Source of the DNA: Thermodesulfobacteriota bacterium | GTDB taxonomy: Bacteria; Desulfobacterota; Desulfobulbia; Desulfobulbales; SURF-16 | Assembly: GCA_040755455.1 (NCBI GenBank) | Contig: JBFMAY010000011.1 | Span: 15,341 to 79,340 of the forward strand | Direction of reading: 5' to 3' | Length of the DNA stretch: 64,000 bases | Shown: in pieces, positions 16,872-26,563 of the stretch | How the letters are laid out: every line of letters begins with the position of its first letter | How positions within the stretch are numbered: the stretch's first letter is position 1 | Translations under genes and position numbers: made by a program | The notes under the pieces: model-generated | Database searches by the model: none | Seen by the model: the letters and a program-made list of their open reading frames with translations, nothing else | Told to the model about the DNA's origin: nothing

Positions 16872-17137
16872 TGTTGTTCTCCTTTACCCGCTAAAAAGGT
16901 TTGGCAGCACTTTTCACTGCAGAAATAGTAAATTTTACCGTCTTTCGCAGCCCGAATCGCCTGCTGCTGCGGCACATAGGTATGGCAGACCGGATCTTCC
17001 ACCAGCACGTCCTGGGCGGGGGAGGAAGCGGCGGAGGCAGGCTGCACTGGCGGCTTCTCCCTCTTTCTGCCGGCAAAAAGCAGCCGATAGAGAATATAAC
17101 ACAGTGCTGCCAGAATAATGATACGCAACGGGCTCAT
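16868..17137 (-). CDS. membrane-anchored YHS/TRASH-domain protein
   Basis: N-terminal TM helix ([16 protein letters not shown]). YHS-type motif: [30 protein letters not shown]. 4-nt overlaps with both neighbours. Confidence 0.7.
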   Translation of the reverse strand: MSPLRIIILAALCYILYRLLFAGRKREKPPVQPASAASSPAQDVLVEDPVCHTYVPQQQAIRAAKDGKIYYFCSEKCCQTFLAGKGEQQ

Positions 17138-17673
17138 GTTTTCTCCCAGGTGATCTGCTGCACCCCGCTTTGCCGGGCAAGATCTTTCAGCATCGCAAGC
17201 GATGTCATGTGCAGGATGGGATGGACGTGCAACGGCGCCACCGCCGCCAGCGGGGCAAGCACAAAAAGCCGGTTGGCAATGGCCGGATGGGGCAGGGTGA
17301 GAGAGGGGGTCTCGATCACCAGATCGTCATAATAGAGCAGATCAAGATCAACCGTCCGGTCCTTGCCCTTTTGCCGGTCGCGCCCCAGCTCGGCTTCAAT
17401 ATCCATCATTTTATCAAGAAGCGCCTGCGGCGCAAGCCGGGTTTCCAGCAGCCCTACGGCATTGGTGAACAGCTGGTCGCTCACCATGCCTACCGGTTCC
17501 GTCAGAAAGGGCGGAGAAAGGGCCACGGCCCGTCCAGCCTCTTCCTGCAGCCTTTGCCAGGCGGCAAGCAGATTGCTGCGCCCGTCTCCCAGGTTGGAAC
17601 CGAGTCCGATAAAGGCATGCGCCACGGGGAGGGTGTCCGGCAACGGATAATCTGCAGCAGCGTAGGGCGGCAC
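17134..17673 (-). CDS. folK: 2-amino-4-hydroxy-6-hydroxymethyldihydropteridine diphosphokinase
   Basis: HPPK motifs: AFIGLGSNLGD, DLDLLYYDDL, LTLPHPAIANRLFVLAPL. Confidence 0.85.
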   Translation of the reverse strand: MPPYAAADYPLPDTLPVAHAFIGLGSNLGDGRSNLLAAWQRLQEEAGRAVALSPPFLTEPVGMVSDQLFTNAVGLLETRLAPQALLDKMMDIEAELGRDRQKGKDRTVDLDLLYYDDLVIETPSLTLPHPAIANRLFVLAPLAAVAPLHVHPILHMTSLAMLKDLARQSGVQQITWEKT

Positions 17674-17678
17674 CGCTT

Positions 17679-18488
17679 TTAGAGATCGGCCAACCCCAGC
17701 ACATCGAACATGCTGTACATGCCGTTGGCCCTGCCGGCGACCCAGGCGGCGGCAAGAGCCGCGCCCCTGGCAAAATTGTCACGGCTGTGGGCCCGGTGGA
17801 TGAGCTCAATCCGCTCCCCTGGTCCGGCAAAATAGACGGTGTGCTCGCCGACAATATCGCCGCCGCGGATGGTCTGGATGCCTATTTCCTCCTTGGTCCG
17901 CTCCCCGATGATGCCGTTGCGCTCAAAAATACCGACTTTGCCCAGATCGCGGCCCACACCGAGAGCCGCCATCTCGCCTAGCTTTAAGGCCGTGCCGCTG
18001 GGCGCGTCTTTTTTCATGCGGTGGTGGGCCTCGACAATTTCAATGTCATAATCATTGCCGAGGATGGCAGCCACCTTCTGGGTGATTTTAAACAGGACAT
18101 TCACCCCGACCGCCATATTGGGCGACTGGACAATGGGAATGTCTTTGGCCAGCTCTTTGAGTTCCGCCAGATTCTCCGGGCTCAGCCCCGTGGTGCCGAT
18201 GACCATGGCCTTGTGGTGCCGGGCGGCGATCCTGGCAAAGCCCATGGTGGCGGCATGAAAGGTGAAATCAATGATCACGTCGCACGTATCTACCACCGCC
18301 GACAAATCCGGCGCAATGACGGCACCCGCCGGACCATAGCCGCCCACCTCGCCGATATCCTTTCCCACCGCCGGGCTGCCCGCCTGCTCAAAACCGCCGA
18401 CCAGCTGCAGCGCGGCATTCTGGGTCACCATGTAGCCAATCCGCTTTCCCATCCGACCGGCAGCACCGGCAACAATGACTTTTGTCAT
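17679..18488 (-). CDS. dapB: 4-hydroxy-tetrahydrodipicolinate reductase
   Basis: Start trimmed to MTKVIVAGAAGRMG (Rossmann GxxGxxG) after GGAGAAAG. Contains EAHHRMKKDAPSGTA, the DapB signature. Confidence 0.9.
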   Translation of the reverse strand: MTKVIVAGAAGRMGKRIGYMVTQNAALQLVGGFEQAGSPAVGKDIGEVGGYGPAGAVIAPDLSAVVDTCDVIIDFTFHAATMGFARIAARHHKAMVIGTTGLSPENLAELKELAKDIPIVQSPNMAVGVNVLFKITQKVAAILGNDYDIEIVEAHHRMKKDAPSGTALKLGEMAALGVGRDLGKVGIFERNGIIGERTKEEIGIQTIRGGDIVGEHTVYFAGPGERIELIHRAHSRDNFARGAALAAAWVAGRANGMYSMFDVLGLADL

Positions 18489-18524
18489 ATCTCTTTCTCC
18501 AATTTGGCAAAAACAAAAAACCAA

Positions 18525-19406
18525 TTATAGCATTTTCTGATCTTTCAGCACAGCCTTCATGCGGTTCATGGGCTCTTCACCCATGTGCCACAACGGCTGG
18601 CGCGGGGTGCCGGACTTGATTTTACCCATCAGCTCCAGGGCCTTCTTGGCCGGCACCGGATTGGTATCATAGAACATGGCGCCCATGAGCGGGAAAAGCC
18701 GGTGTTGAATCTCCCGGGCCCGGGCCACATCCCCAGCCAAGGCTGCGTTCATCAGGTCGGACATGCCCCTGGGATGCACATTGGAGGTCACGGAAATCAC
18801 GCCGGTGCCGCCGAGCAGCACCAGCGACATGGCGGTGAAGTCATCGCCGGACAGGATGGCGAAATCCGCCGGACAGCGCCGGATAACATCACAGGCCCGG
18901 TTCATGTCGCCGGTGGCCTCCTTGATGCCGACAATGTTGTCCACCTCGGCGCAGCGGGCCACGGTGGCGGCCGTCATGTCGACCGCGGTGCGGGATGGCA
19001 CGTTATAGAGAACCAGGGGAAGATCCACCGCCTCGGCCACGGTCTTGAAATGCTGGTACAGGCCTTCCTGGGACGGCTTGTTGTAATAAGGGGTAATGAC
19101 CAGCGCCCCGTCCGCCCCGGCCTCTTTGGCATGACGGGTCAGCTCGATTGTTTCCGTGGTGGAGTTGGAACCGGTGCCGGCCAGGACCGGCACCCGGCCC
19201 TTCACCGTCGCAATGGTCAGCTCCACCACCCGCTGATGCTCCGCATGGCTCAAGGTGGCCGACTCCCCGGTGGTGCCGCAAGGCACGATGCCGTGGGTGC
19301 CGTTGGCAAGCTGAAACTCAATGAGATCCTTTAATCCCTGTTCATCAATGCGCCCATCAATAAACGGTGTCACTATGGCCACAAAGGCTCCTCGAAACGG
19401 CGTCAT
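18525..19406 (-). CDS. dapA: 4-hydroxy-tetrahydrodipicolinate synthase
   Basis: Motifs GTTGESATLSHAEH, YNKPSQEGLYQHF, YNVPSRT and GIKEATGD (active-site Lys). Confidence 0.95.
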   Translation of the reverse strand: MTPFRGAFVAIVTPFIDGRIDEQGLKDLIEFQLANGTHGIVPCGTTGESATLSHAEHQRVVELTIATVKGRVPVLAGTGSNSTTETIELTRHAKEAGADGALVITPYYNKPSQEGLYQHFKTVAEAVDLPLVLYNVPSRTAVDMTAATVARCAEVDNIVGIKEATGDMNRACDVIRRCPADFAILSGDDFTAMSLVLLGGTGVISVTSNVHPRGMSDLMNAALAGDVARAREIQHRLFPLMGAMFYDTNPVPAKKALELMGKIKSGTPRQPLWHMGEEPMNRMKAVLKDQKML

Positions 19407-19455
19407 ATGTACCTCCTCTGATTCTTGGAAATCAACTTATAAATTTTATCCTTGC

Positions 19456-20286
19456 TTACAGCATGGCTTCGGCGCTCAACTGCCCTTCATAGATAAAATG
19501 CGCCGGCCCCTCAAGAAAAACTGCCGCGATTTTTCCTTCATCCTGCAGGGCAAAGTGGATGAGCAGCTTCTCGCCGCCGGAGGTGGTCACCTGCACCGGG
19601 GAGCTGACCCGGCCGAGCAGCCCGGCGATCACCGCCGAGGCCACCGCGCCCGTGCCGCAGGCCATGGTCTCATCCTCAACGCCCCTTTCATAGGTGCGGA
19701 CATGGAGGCTATCAGGCCCCAGCACCTCCACGAAATTGGCATTGGCCCCGGCCGGCTGAAAGAGCTGGTGAAAACGGATGGCGGCCCCCCAGGCCTTGAC
19801 CGGCGTGCCATGATTGCCGTCAACAAAGCAGACCGCATGGGGCACCCCGGTATTGAGAAAATGCACCTGGCGGGCAATGCCATCCAGCACCACATCATGG
19901 TCAAGGGCCAGGCCTGTCGGCGGCGTCATGGCAAGCTTGACCCCCGTGCCCCTGATCTCGGCATGGATGATGCCGGCAACGGTCAAAAAACTCATTTGGG
20001 CCGGGGCAATGCCCCTGCTGTGGGCGAAACGGGCCGCGCAGCGGGCGCCGTTGCCGCACATTTCGGCCTCGCTGCCGTCCGCATTGTAAAAATGCCAGCG
20101 GAAATCCGCCTGGTCGGAATTTTCAATGAGAATCAGGCCGTCGGCGCCGACTGAAAATTTGCGGCGGCAGACCGTCCTGGCAAAAGAACCCATTTCCTCT
20201 TTGGCCAAAAAAGGTTGCCGGTGGTCAATGATGATGAAGTCATTGCCGGTACCGCTCATCTTGGTAAATGCGATTGGAAAATTCAT
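19456..20286 (-). CDS. dapF: diaminopimelate epimerase
   Basis: Motifs FTKMSGTGNDFIIID, EMCGNGARC and ETMACGTGAVA (the two catalytic Cys). Confidence 0.9.
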   Translation of the reverse strand: MNFPIAFTKMSGTGNDFIIIDHRQPFLAKEEMGSFARTVCRRKFSVGADGLILIENSDQADFRWHFYNADGSEAEMCGNGARCAARFAHSRGIAPAQMSFLTVAGIIHAEIRGTGVKLAMTPPTGLALDHDVVLDGIARQVHFLNTGVPHAVCFVDGNHGTPVKAWGAAIRFHQLFQPAGANANFVEVLGPDSLHVRTYERGVEDETMACGTGAVASAVIAGLLGRVSSPVQVTTSGGEKLLIHFALQDEGKIAAVFLEGPAHFIYEGQLSAEAML

Positions 20287-20295
20287 AATCCGTTT

Positions 20296-21534
20296 TTATG
20301 GTATCATCTCACCGGCAATCAGGGCGTCATAGGTCTCCCGCCGGCGGATCACGTGAAAAGACTCGCCATCCACCAGCACCTCAGGCACCCTGGGCCGGGA
20401 ATTGTAATTGGATGACATGCTGAAGCCATAGGCCCCGGCACTCATGACGGCCAGCAGGTCGCCCTGCCGGCAGACCGGCACCTTCTTGCCCCTGGAAAGA
20501 AAATCACCGCTCTCACAGATGGGGCCGACCACGTCAGCCACCTCCTCCTCATCACCGCGGCGGACCACGGGCCGGATGGCATGATGGGCGTCATACAGGC
20601 TGGGCCGGGCCAGATCATTCATGCCGGCATCGACGATCACAAATTTTTTACCGCCCTGTTTGGTATACAGCACCCTGGTCACCAGGATGCCGGCATTACC
20701 CACGATAACGCGGCCCGGCTCCAGGATCAAGGTGCAGTCAAGCCCTTGCATCTCCCGCTCAAGGGCCGCGGCATAGGCGGCCGGCAGAGGCGGCTCCTCA
20801 TCGCTGTAACGGATGCCGACCCCTCCTCCCAGATCAATAGTGGAGATGGAGATGCCAGCCTGCTTGAGGCGCTCGACAAACAACTTCACCTTCTGCAGGG
20901 ATTCGACAAAAGGTGATACATCGGTGAGTTGTGATCCTATATGACAGCTTACGCCGATAATCTCAATATTTTTCATCGTGCGGGCGGCAAGATAGGAATC
21001 CAGCGCATCCCGGATGGGGATACCGAACTTGTTTTTGGCCAGTCCGGTGGAGATATAGGCATGGGTTTTCGGGTCCACATCCGGGTTGACCCGGAAGGAA
21101 ACCGGGGCCGTCACGCCAAGCGAGGCGGCGACCTGCTGCAGGGTCTCCAGTTCCTGGTGTGATTCCACATTGAGCATCAGAATTTTCGACTCCAGGGCGT
21201 AACGCATTTCGTCCTCGCTCTTTCCCACCCCGGAATAGACGATTTTCCGCGGGTCAATGCCGGCCTTGAGCGCCCGGAACAGCTCCCCGCCGGAAACGAT
21301 ATCCGCCCCGCCGCCCAGCTTGCCAAAGAGATTGAGCAAGGCGATGTTTGAACAGGCCTTGGTGGCGAAACAGGTTATATGCGGCAGGGTGAACGCTCCG
21401 TCAAAGGCCCGGAAATGGCGGGTCAGGGTGGCGGTGCTGTAGAGGTAAAACGGGGTGCCCACTGCCGCGGCAATATCGGCCACCGGCACCTCCTCACAGA
21501 AAAGGACATCATTCTTGTATTGAAAATGGTTCAT
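20296..21534 (-). CDS. lysA: diaminopimelate decarboxylase
   Basis: Fold-III PLP decarboxylase motifs: FATKACSN (PLP Lys), HIGSQ, DLGGGVGI, GPICESGDF. Confidence 0.95.
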   Translation of the reverse strand: MNHFQYKNDVLFCEEVPVADIAAAVGTPFYLYSTATLTRHFRAFDGAFTLPHITCFATKACSNIALLNLFGKLGGGADIVSGGELFRALKAGIDPRKIVYSGVGKSEDEMRYALESKILMLNVESHQELETLQQVAASLGVTAPVSFRVNPDVDPKTHAYISTGLAKNKFGIPIRDALDSYLAARTMKNIEIIGVSCHIGSQLTDVSPFVESLQKVKLFVERLKQAGISISTIDLGGGVGIRYSDEEPPLPAAYAAALEREMQGLDCTLILEPGRVIVGNAGILVTRVLYTKQGGKKFVIVDAGMNDLARPSLYDAHHAIRPVVRRGDEEEVADVVGPICESGDFLSRGKKVPVCRQGDLLAVMSAGAYGFSMSSNYNSRPRVPEVLVDGESFHVIRRRETYDALIAGEMIP

Positions 21535-21586
21535 TGATTCACGAAAAAATTTAAATTTTGCTCACTTGGCGTTCTGCCGAAAAAAA

Positions 21587-22627
21587 TTATCGCGGCAATT
21601 CCACTTCCCGTGAAAAAGCACTCTCATTGGGCGGCACCGCATCATCAATGGCGGTCACGGCATAATAGAGGGTCGCATCACCCTCCGGCAGATTGCGGTC
21701 GGTGAAAGAAAAGGAAGCCCGGTCCGTCTCGCCCACCAGCGTCATTTCCTGGTCCCCGGCCTGGCGCCGGTAGACACGAAAACCCGCCACGCCCTGCTGG
21801 GCGATGTTCTCCCAGAGAATCTTCACCCCGTCAGCGGCGGCCACGATGGTGAATTTTTCCGGCGGCACCGGGGGAATCACATTGCGCGCCATGCCGGCTA
21901 TCACCTCGCTCGCCGCGCCAAACAGCTCCGTGTCAGCCACCGTGCGCACCGCCCGCACCTGATAAAAATACTTCCTGCCGTTGTCCAGCCCTTGGTCAAC
22001 ATAGGAAAGACCGGCAACCGGCTCGCCGATTTTGTCAAACTCCCGGCCCTTATTGCTGCGATAGACCTGATAGCGCACAGCTTCGGCCACCGGGCCGCCG
22101 TCACCCGTGGTCACCGGCTGCCAGCCGATGGTCAGACCCCGATCGGCGACCTGCAGGGTCAGCCCGGTCGGCGGCGGCAGCGGGCTCTCCCATTGGAAGG
22201 AAACCCTGTTTGAATCGCCGCTGACGATATTCCAGCCCGACCCGGACACCACCTTATAGGTGTAGCGGTAATGGCTTTGCAAGTCGGTATCCGTATAGGT
22301 CATCCTGGCGCCGGGCTTGACCCCGGCCCCACTCAGGGTAATCGCCAGGTCATATTGCACGGGACAGTCCGCACAGAAATCTTCCGCGCCAACCTCGCTT
22401 TTATACAGCGTAAACGTCCTGACATTGTCTATTTTCTCACCTGATTCAGCAAGAATGGGATAGGTCCAGTTCAGGGTGGCACCCTGCTCATCGAGGGAAT
22501 GTTGTAAATCGGCAATCGGCACCGCAATGGCCGCCTGGGGGGGGATCGGCAGGGTTTTTCTTCCGCAACCGCAACAGCAGAGCAGCAGAAAACAACAAAG
22601 CGCTATGGCATACCCGCATCGGCTCAT
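21587..22627 (-). CDS. lipoprotein with fibronectin-type-III-like repeats
   Basis: Cys-rich signal/lipobox region (ALCCFLLLCCCGCG). Three repeated units resemble FN3 (PPTGLTLQVADRGLTIGWQP..., YQVRAV, PPEKFTIVAAADGVKILWEN..., YYAVTAID). Confidence 0.6.
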   Translation of the reverse strand: MSRCGYAIALCCFLLLCCCGCGRKTLPIPPQAAIAVPIADLQHSLDEQGATLNWTYPILAESGEKIDNVRTFTLYKSEVGAEDFCADCPVQYDLAITLSGAGVKPGARMTYTDTDLQSHYRYTYKVVSGSGWNIVSGDSNRVSFQWESPLPPPTGLTLQVADRGLTIGWQPVTTGDGGPVAEAVRYQVYRSNKGREFDKIGEPVAGLSYVDQGLDNGRKYFYQVRAVRTVADTELFGAASEVIAGMARNVIPPVPPEKFTIVAAADGVKILWENIAQQGVAGFRVYRRQAGDQEMTLVGETDRASFSFTDRNLPEGDATLYYAVTAIDDAVPPNESAFSREVELPR

Positions 22628-22630
22628 CGC

Positions 22631-24016
22631 TTACATCCCCAGTTCCCTTTCCGCCCTCGCCAGCGCCTCCTTCACGCGGACGATGGAGGTGCCGCCGGTG
22701 GAACGGCGGCTGTCCACCGAGCCCTTCACGGTCAACACGGCAACAACATCCTCGTCGATGGCCTCGGAAAATTGACGCAGTTCATCCAGGGCAAGCTCGA
22801 TCAGCTCCTTTTTCTTTTGCACGCAGTAGGCCACGGTCCGGCCGACAATGGCATGGGCCTGGCGGAACGGCACGTTTTTGCGCACCAGATAATCGGCCAG
22901 ATCCGTTGCCGTCATATAGCCTGTTTTGGTGGCATCCTCCAGGCGGGCCGTATTGAACTTCATATTGGCCAGCAGCTCGGCGGCAATGGCCAGCCCATGG
23001 CTTACGGTATCCAGGGTGTCAAAAACCGGCTCCTTATCTTCCTGCAGATCCCGGTTATAGGTGAGCGGCAGACCTTTCAGCATGGTGAGCAGCGCCATCA
23101 GGTTGCCCACCACTCGGCCGCTTTTGCCGCGGATCAGCTCCGGGATATCGGGGTTTTTCTTCTGCGGCATGATGCTGCTGCCGGTGCAGAAACTGTCGGC
23201 CAGCTCGACAAAGCCGAATTCACTGCTGGACCAGAGCACCAGCTCCTCGGCCAGGCGGCTCAGATGCAGCTGGATCAGCGCACAGGCGGCAACAAACTCA
23301 ACGGCGAAATCACGGTCCCCCACCGTGTCCATGCTGTTGGCGCTGACCGTGGGAAAGCCAAGTTCGGCCGCCACAAACTCACGGTCAATGGGCAGGCCGG
23401 TGCCGGCCAGGGCCGCGGCCCCCAAAGGCAGCACGTTGATTCTTTTGGCGCAGTCGCGCAGCCGCTCCTGATCGCGGCCAAACATCTCATAATAGGCCAG
23501 CATATGATGGGAGATGAGCACCGGCTGGGCCCGCTGCAGATGGGTATAACCGGGCATCACCGCGCCGAGATAACGCCTGGCCAGTTTGACAAAGGATTTC
23601 CGCACCCCGGCCAGGAGTTCCACCAGCCGGTCGGTCTCCTCCCGCAGATAGAGACGCAGGTCAAGGTTGATCTGATCATTTCTGCTGCGGGCCGTATGCA
23701 GCTTGGCCCCGGCCGGGCCGATTTTGTCCACCAGGGCCTTTTCGATATTCATATGAATATCTTCCAGTTCCGGCCTGAAGACAAAAACGCCCTGCTCGAT
23801 CTCCTGCGCGATGGCGGCCAGACCCTCATCGATCCGCCCGCCTTCCTCGGCCGTGATCAGCCCCTGGCGGACCAGCATTTTCGCATGGGCCCGGCTGCCG
23901 GCGATGTCCTGGCGGTACAACCTGCAGTCATAGTGAATGGAGGCGGTAAAGGCCTCCACCGATGCAGCTGTTTTGCCGGAAAAGCGCCCTCCCCACAGTT
24001 TCGTTTCGTTTGTCAT
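22631..24016 (-). CDS. argH: argininosuccinate lyase
   Basis: Motifs LWGGRFSG, TARSRNDQ and GSSIMPQKKNPD (fumarate-lyase signature). Confidence 0.95.
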   Translation of the reverse strand: MTNETKLWGGRFSGKTAASVEAFTASIHYDCRLYRQDIAGSRAHAKMLVRQGLITAEEGGRIDEGLAAIAQEIEQGVFVFRPELEDIHMNIEKALVDKIGPAGAKLHTARSRNDQINLDLRLYLREETDRLVELLAGVRKSFVKLARRYLGAVMPGYTHLQRAQPVLISHHMLAYYEMFGRDQERLRDCAKRINVLPLGAAALAGTGLPIDREFVAAELGFPTVSANSMDTVGDRDFAVEFVAACALIQLHLSRLAEELVLWSSSEFGFVELADSFCTGSSIMPQKKNPDIPELIRGKSGRVVGNLMALLTMLKGLPLTYNRDLQEDKEPVFDTLDTVSHGLAIAAELLANMKFNTARLEDATKTGYMTATDLADYLVRKNVPFRQAHAIVGRTVAYCVQKKKELIELALDELRQFSEAIDEDVVAVLTVKGSVDSRRSTGGTSIVRVKEALARAERELGM

Positions 24017-24020
24017 AATG

Positions 24021-24245
24021 GTCTTATTAGTCTTGCTGGTCCAACTGGTCCGGTTGGTCTAACTGGTCTTCCTGGTCAATTCTTCATGTCTGCCTGCCGT
24101 AGGAGCGGGCCATGCCCGCGACCATTCGCTATTGCGGAAACACCGTTATCGCGGGCATGGCCCGCTCCTGCCCCGGTGATCTTATTGGTCAAATGCATCG
24201 GACCAGTCAGACTAATCGGGCCAGTCAAACCAGTCAGACCTTTCG
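24021..24245. repeat. composite palindromic intergenic element: 9-bp periodic array, a GTAG-type REP hairpin, and an inverted 9-bp periodic array
   Basis: Seven units GTCNNNCTG occupy 24021-24083. A perfect 20-bp inverted repeat GGAGCGGGCCATGCCCGCGA / TCGCGGGCATGGCCCGCTCC lies at 24102-24121 / 24149-24168, with GTAG directly 5' of it. Five inverted units NNCCAGTCA occupy 24201-24245, overlapping the argG stop. Confidence 0.75.
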
Positions 24246-25436
24246 TAAAGCCTGCATGGTCATGCGCAACGCATTGAGCCGGATAAAACCGCCGGCATCA
24301 GACTGGGTGTAAACCTCATCTTCCTCAAAGGTGGCGAAGCTCGCCTGATACAGGGACTGGTCCGACTTGCGGCCCACCGGAGTGCAGTTGCCCTTGTAGA
24401 GTTTCAGCCGCACCACGCCGCTCACCGTTTCCTGGGCCGTGTCCATGGTCTTCTGCAGTAGCCGCATCTCCGGCGAGAACCAGAAGCCGTTATAGATGAG
24501 CTCGGAATAACGGGGCACCAGACTGTCGCGGATCTTCATCACCTCCCGGTCAAGGGTGATGGTCTCCAGATCCCGGTGGGCGATGCGCAAAATGGTGCCG
24601 CCCGGCGTCTCGTAAACACCGCGGGATTTCATGCCGACAAAGCGGTTTTCCACCAGGTCAAGACGGCCGATGGCGTTCACCCCGCCCAGTTCATTCAAAC
24701 GGGCCAGCATCCTGGCCGGGGAGAGTTTTTCCCCGTCAATGGCCACCGCATTGCCCTGCTCAAAGGCAAGCTCGATATAGGTCGGCTTGTCCGGGGCCTT
24801 CTCCGGGGAACGGGTCAACTTGAACATGGACTCATCCGGTTCATGCCACGGGTCCTCCAGAATACCCCCTTCAAAACTGATATGCAGCAGATTTTCATCG
24901 GAGCTATAGGGCTTCTCCTTGGTCACCGGGATGGGAATACCGTGTTTTTCCGCATAGGCGATCAGTTTGGTTCTGGAGTTGAGCTTCCAGAGACGCCAGG
25001 GAGCGATAATGGTCAGCCTGGGAGCAATGGCCAGATAGGCCATTTCAAAGCGCACCTGATCATTGCCCTTGCCGGTGGCGCCATGGCTCACCGCATCCGC
25101 CTGCTCGGCCTTAGCAATCCGCACCTGCTCCTTGGCGATCACCGGCCGGGCCAGGGAGGTACCCAGCAGGTATGAGCCTTCATAAATGGCATTGGCCCGG
25201 AAGGCGGCAAAGACGTAGTCCCGGGCGAATTCCTCCTTCATGTCAGAGACAATAACCTTCTCGGCGCCGGTGGCCAGACCTTTCTGCCGCACCTTGTCCC
25301 AGTCCTCTTCCTGGCCGATATCCGCGGCATAGGCCACCACCGGGCACTGATACTCCTCCTGCAACCATTTCAGAATCACGGAGGTGTCGAGACCGCCGGA
25401 ATAGGCCAGCACTATTTTCTTAACGTCCCCTGCCAT
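24234..25436 (-). CDS. argG: argininosuccinate synthase
   Basis: Motifs [22 protein letters not shown] and [11 protein letters not shown]. Confidence 0.95.
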   Translation of the reverse strand: MAGDVKKIVLAYSGGLDTSVILKWLQEEYQCPVVAYAADIGQEEDWDKVRQKGLATGAEKVIVSDMKEEFARDYVFAAFRANAIYEGSYLLGTSLARPVIAKEQVRIAKAEQADAVSHGATGKGNDQVRFEMAYLAIAPRLTIIAPWRLWKLNSRTKLIAYAEKHGIPIPVTKEKPYSSDENLLHISFEGGILEDPWHEPDESMFKLTRSPEKAPDKPTYIELAFEQGNAVAIDGEKLSPARMLARLNELGGVNAIGRLDLVENRFVGMKSRGVYETPGGTILRIAHRDLETITLDREVMKIRDSLVPRYSELIYNGFWFSPEMRLLQKTMDTAQETVSGVVRLKLYKGNCTPVGRKSDQSLYQASFATFEEDEVYTQSDAGGFIRLNALRMTMQALRKV

Positions 25437-25447
25437 GCGAAACTCCT

Positions 25448-26368
25448 TTAACCCTCTGCCAAGATATGTTTTTCTAAGATAGCCTTATGGATATGCATCT
25501 TGTTTTCCGCCTGGTCGAAGGCACAGCACTGCGTACCTTCCAGCACATCATCGGTGATCTCCTCGCCCCGATGGGCGGGCAGACAGTGCAGAACCGTGGC
25601 GCCCGGCCTGGCTGCGGCAAGCAGTTGCCGGTTGACCTGAAAAGTCTGAAAAATTTTCACCCGTTCAGCCTGTTCATCCTCCTGGCCCATGCTGGCCCAG
25701 ACGTCACAGTTGACCACATCCGCATCACGCACCGCCTCAACCGGGTCTCTGAAGAGGGTAATCGGCTTCACCGCCTCTTTGGCGGCGGCAGCCATAACCG
25801 CCGCATCAGGATCATAACCCTGAGGGCAGGCCAGTTTCAGCTCAAAACCCAGGCGGCAGGCCGCCTGTATCCAGGTATTGGCCATATTGTTGCCGTCGCC
25901 GATCCAGGCAATTTTCAGCTTCGCGATGTCGCCCTTCACCTCCTCCACGGTCATAATGTCGCTTAACACCTGACAGGGATGAAAGAGATCGGTCAGGGCA
26001 TTGATCACCGGCACCGTGGAGTAGCGGCCGAGCTCTTCAACCACTTCCTGGCCGAAGGTGCGCACCACCATGGCGTTGACGTAGCGGGACATCACCCTGG
26101 CCATATCCTTGAGCGGCTCGTTGCGGGCCAGCTGGGTATCACGGCTGGAGAGATAGATGACCTGGCCTCCCAGCCCATACATGGCGGACTCAAAAGAGAC
26201 GCGGGTCCTGGTTGACGGCTTCTCAAAGATCAGGCCGATAACCTTGCCGGCAAGCTGGTGGTGGAGGATGCCCTCCCGGGCTTCCTTTTTAAGCTGCATG
26301 GCCCTCCTGATATAGGAGTAAAGCTGCTGCTTATCAAAATCCCACAGGCGAAGAAGATGATTTGACAT
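25448..26368 (-). CDS. argF: ornithine carbamoyltransferase
   Basis: Start trimmed to [11 protein letters not shown]. Motifs [18 protein letters not shown] and [10 protein letters not shown]. Confidence 0.9.
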   Translation of the reverse strand: MSNHLLRLWDFDKQQLYSYIRRAMQLKKEAREGILHHQLAGKVIGLIFEKPSTRTRVSFESAMYGLGGQVIYLSSRDTQLARNEPLKDMARVMSRYVNAMVVRTFGQEVVEELGRYSTVPVINALTDLFHPCQVLSDIMTVEEVKGDIAKLKIAWIGDGNNMANTWIQAACRLGFELKLACPQGYDPDAAVMAAAAKEAVKPITLFRDPVEAVRDADVVNCDVWASMGQEDEQAERVKIFQTFQVNRQLLAAARPGATVLHCLPAHRGEEITDDVLEGTQCCAFDQAENKMHIHKAILEKHILAEG

Positions 26369-26563
26369 AAAATTCACACAAATTACATGAACCAGAGAGC
26401 CCACAGACTTCGCAGAAGAGCACATCTTGCGCTCTGCCAACTCTGTGGGCTCCAAGGCTCGTTTACTGTTGACGAGAAGTTATAATCAAAGAACTTTAAA
26501 CGTAAATCAATACAAAAAAAGTATCTCTTTGGGAAGTTTTTTTTCCCGGGTGAGTTCCTTTTA

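Noticed and set aside
22772-24277. A 501-aa plus-strand ORF antisense to argH. Similar long antisense ORFs occur at 27757..28779 (vs argB), 41764..43038 (vs nifV), 49276..50433 (vs nifK), 55697..57034 (vs nifE) and 62942..63880 (vs the glucan synthase).
   Set aside because: Their products are low-complexity, Gly/Arg/His/Gln-rich sequences with no motifs. Each lies exactly opposite a strongly supported conserved gene. They are typical stop-codon-poor shadow frames of G+C-rich DNA.
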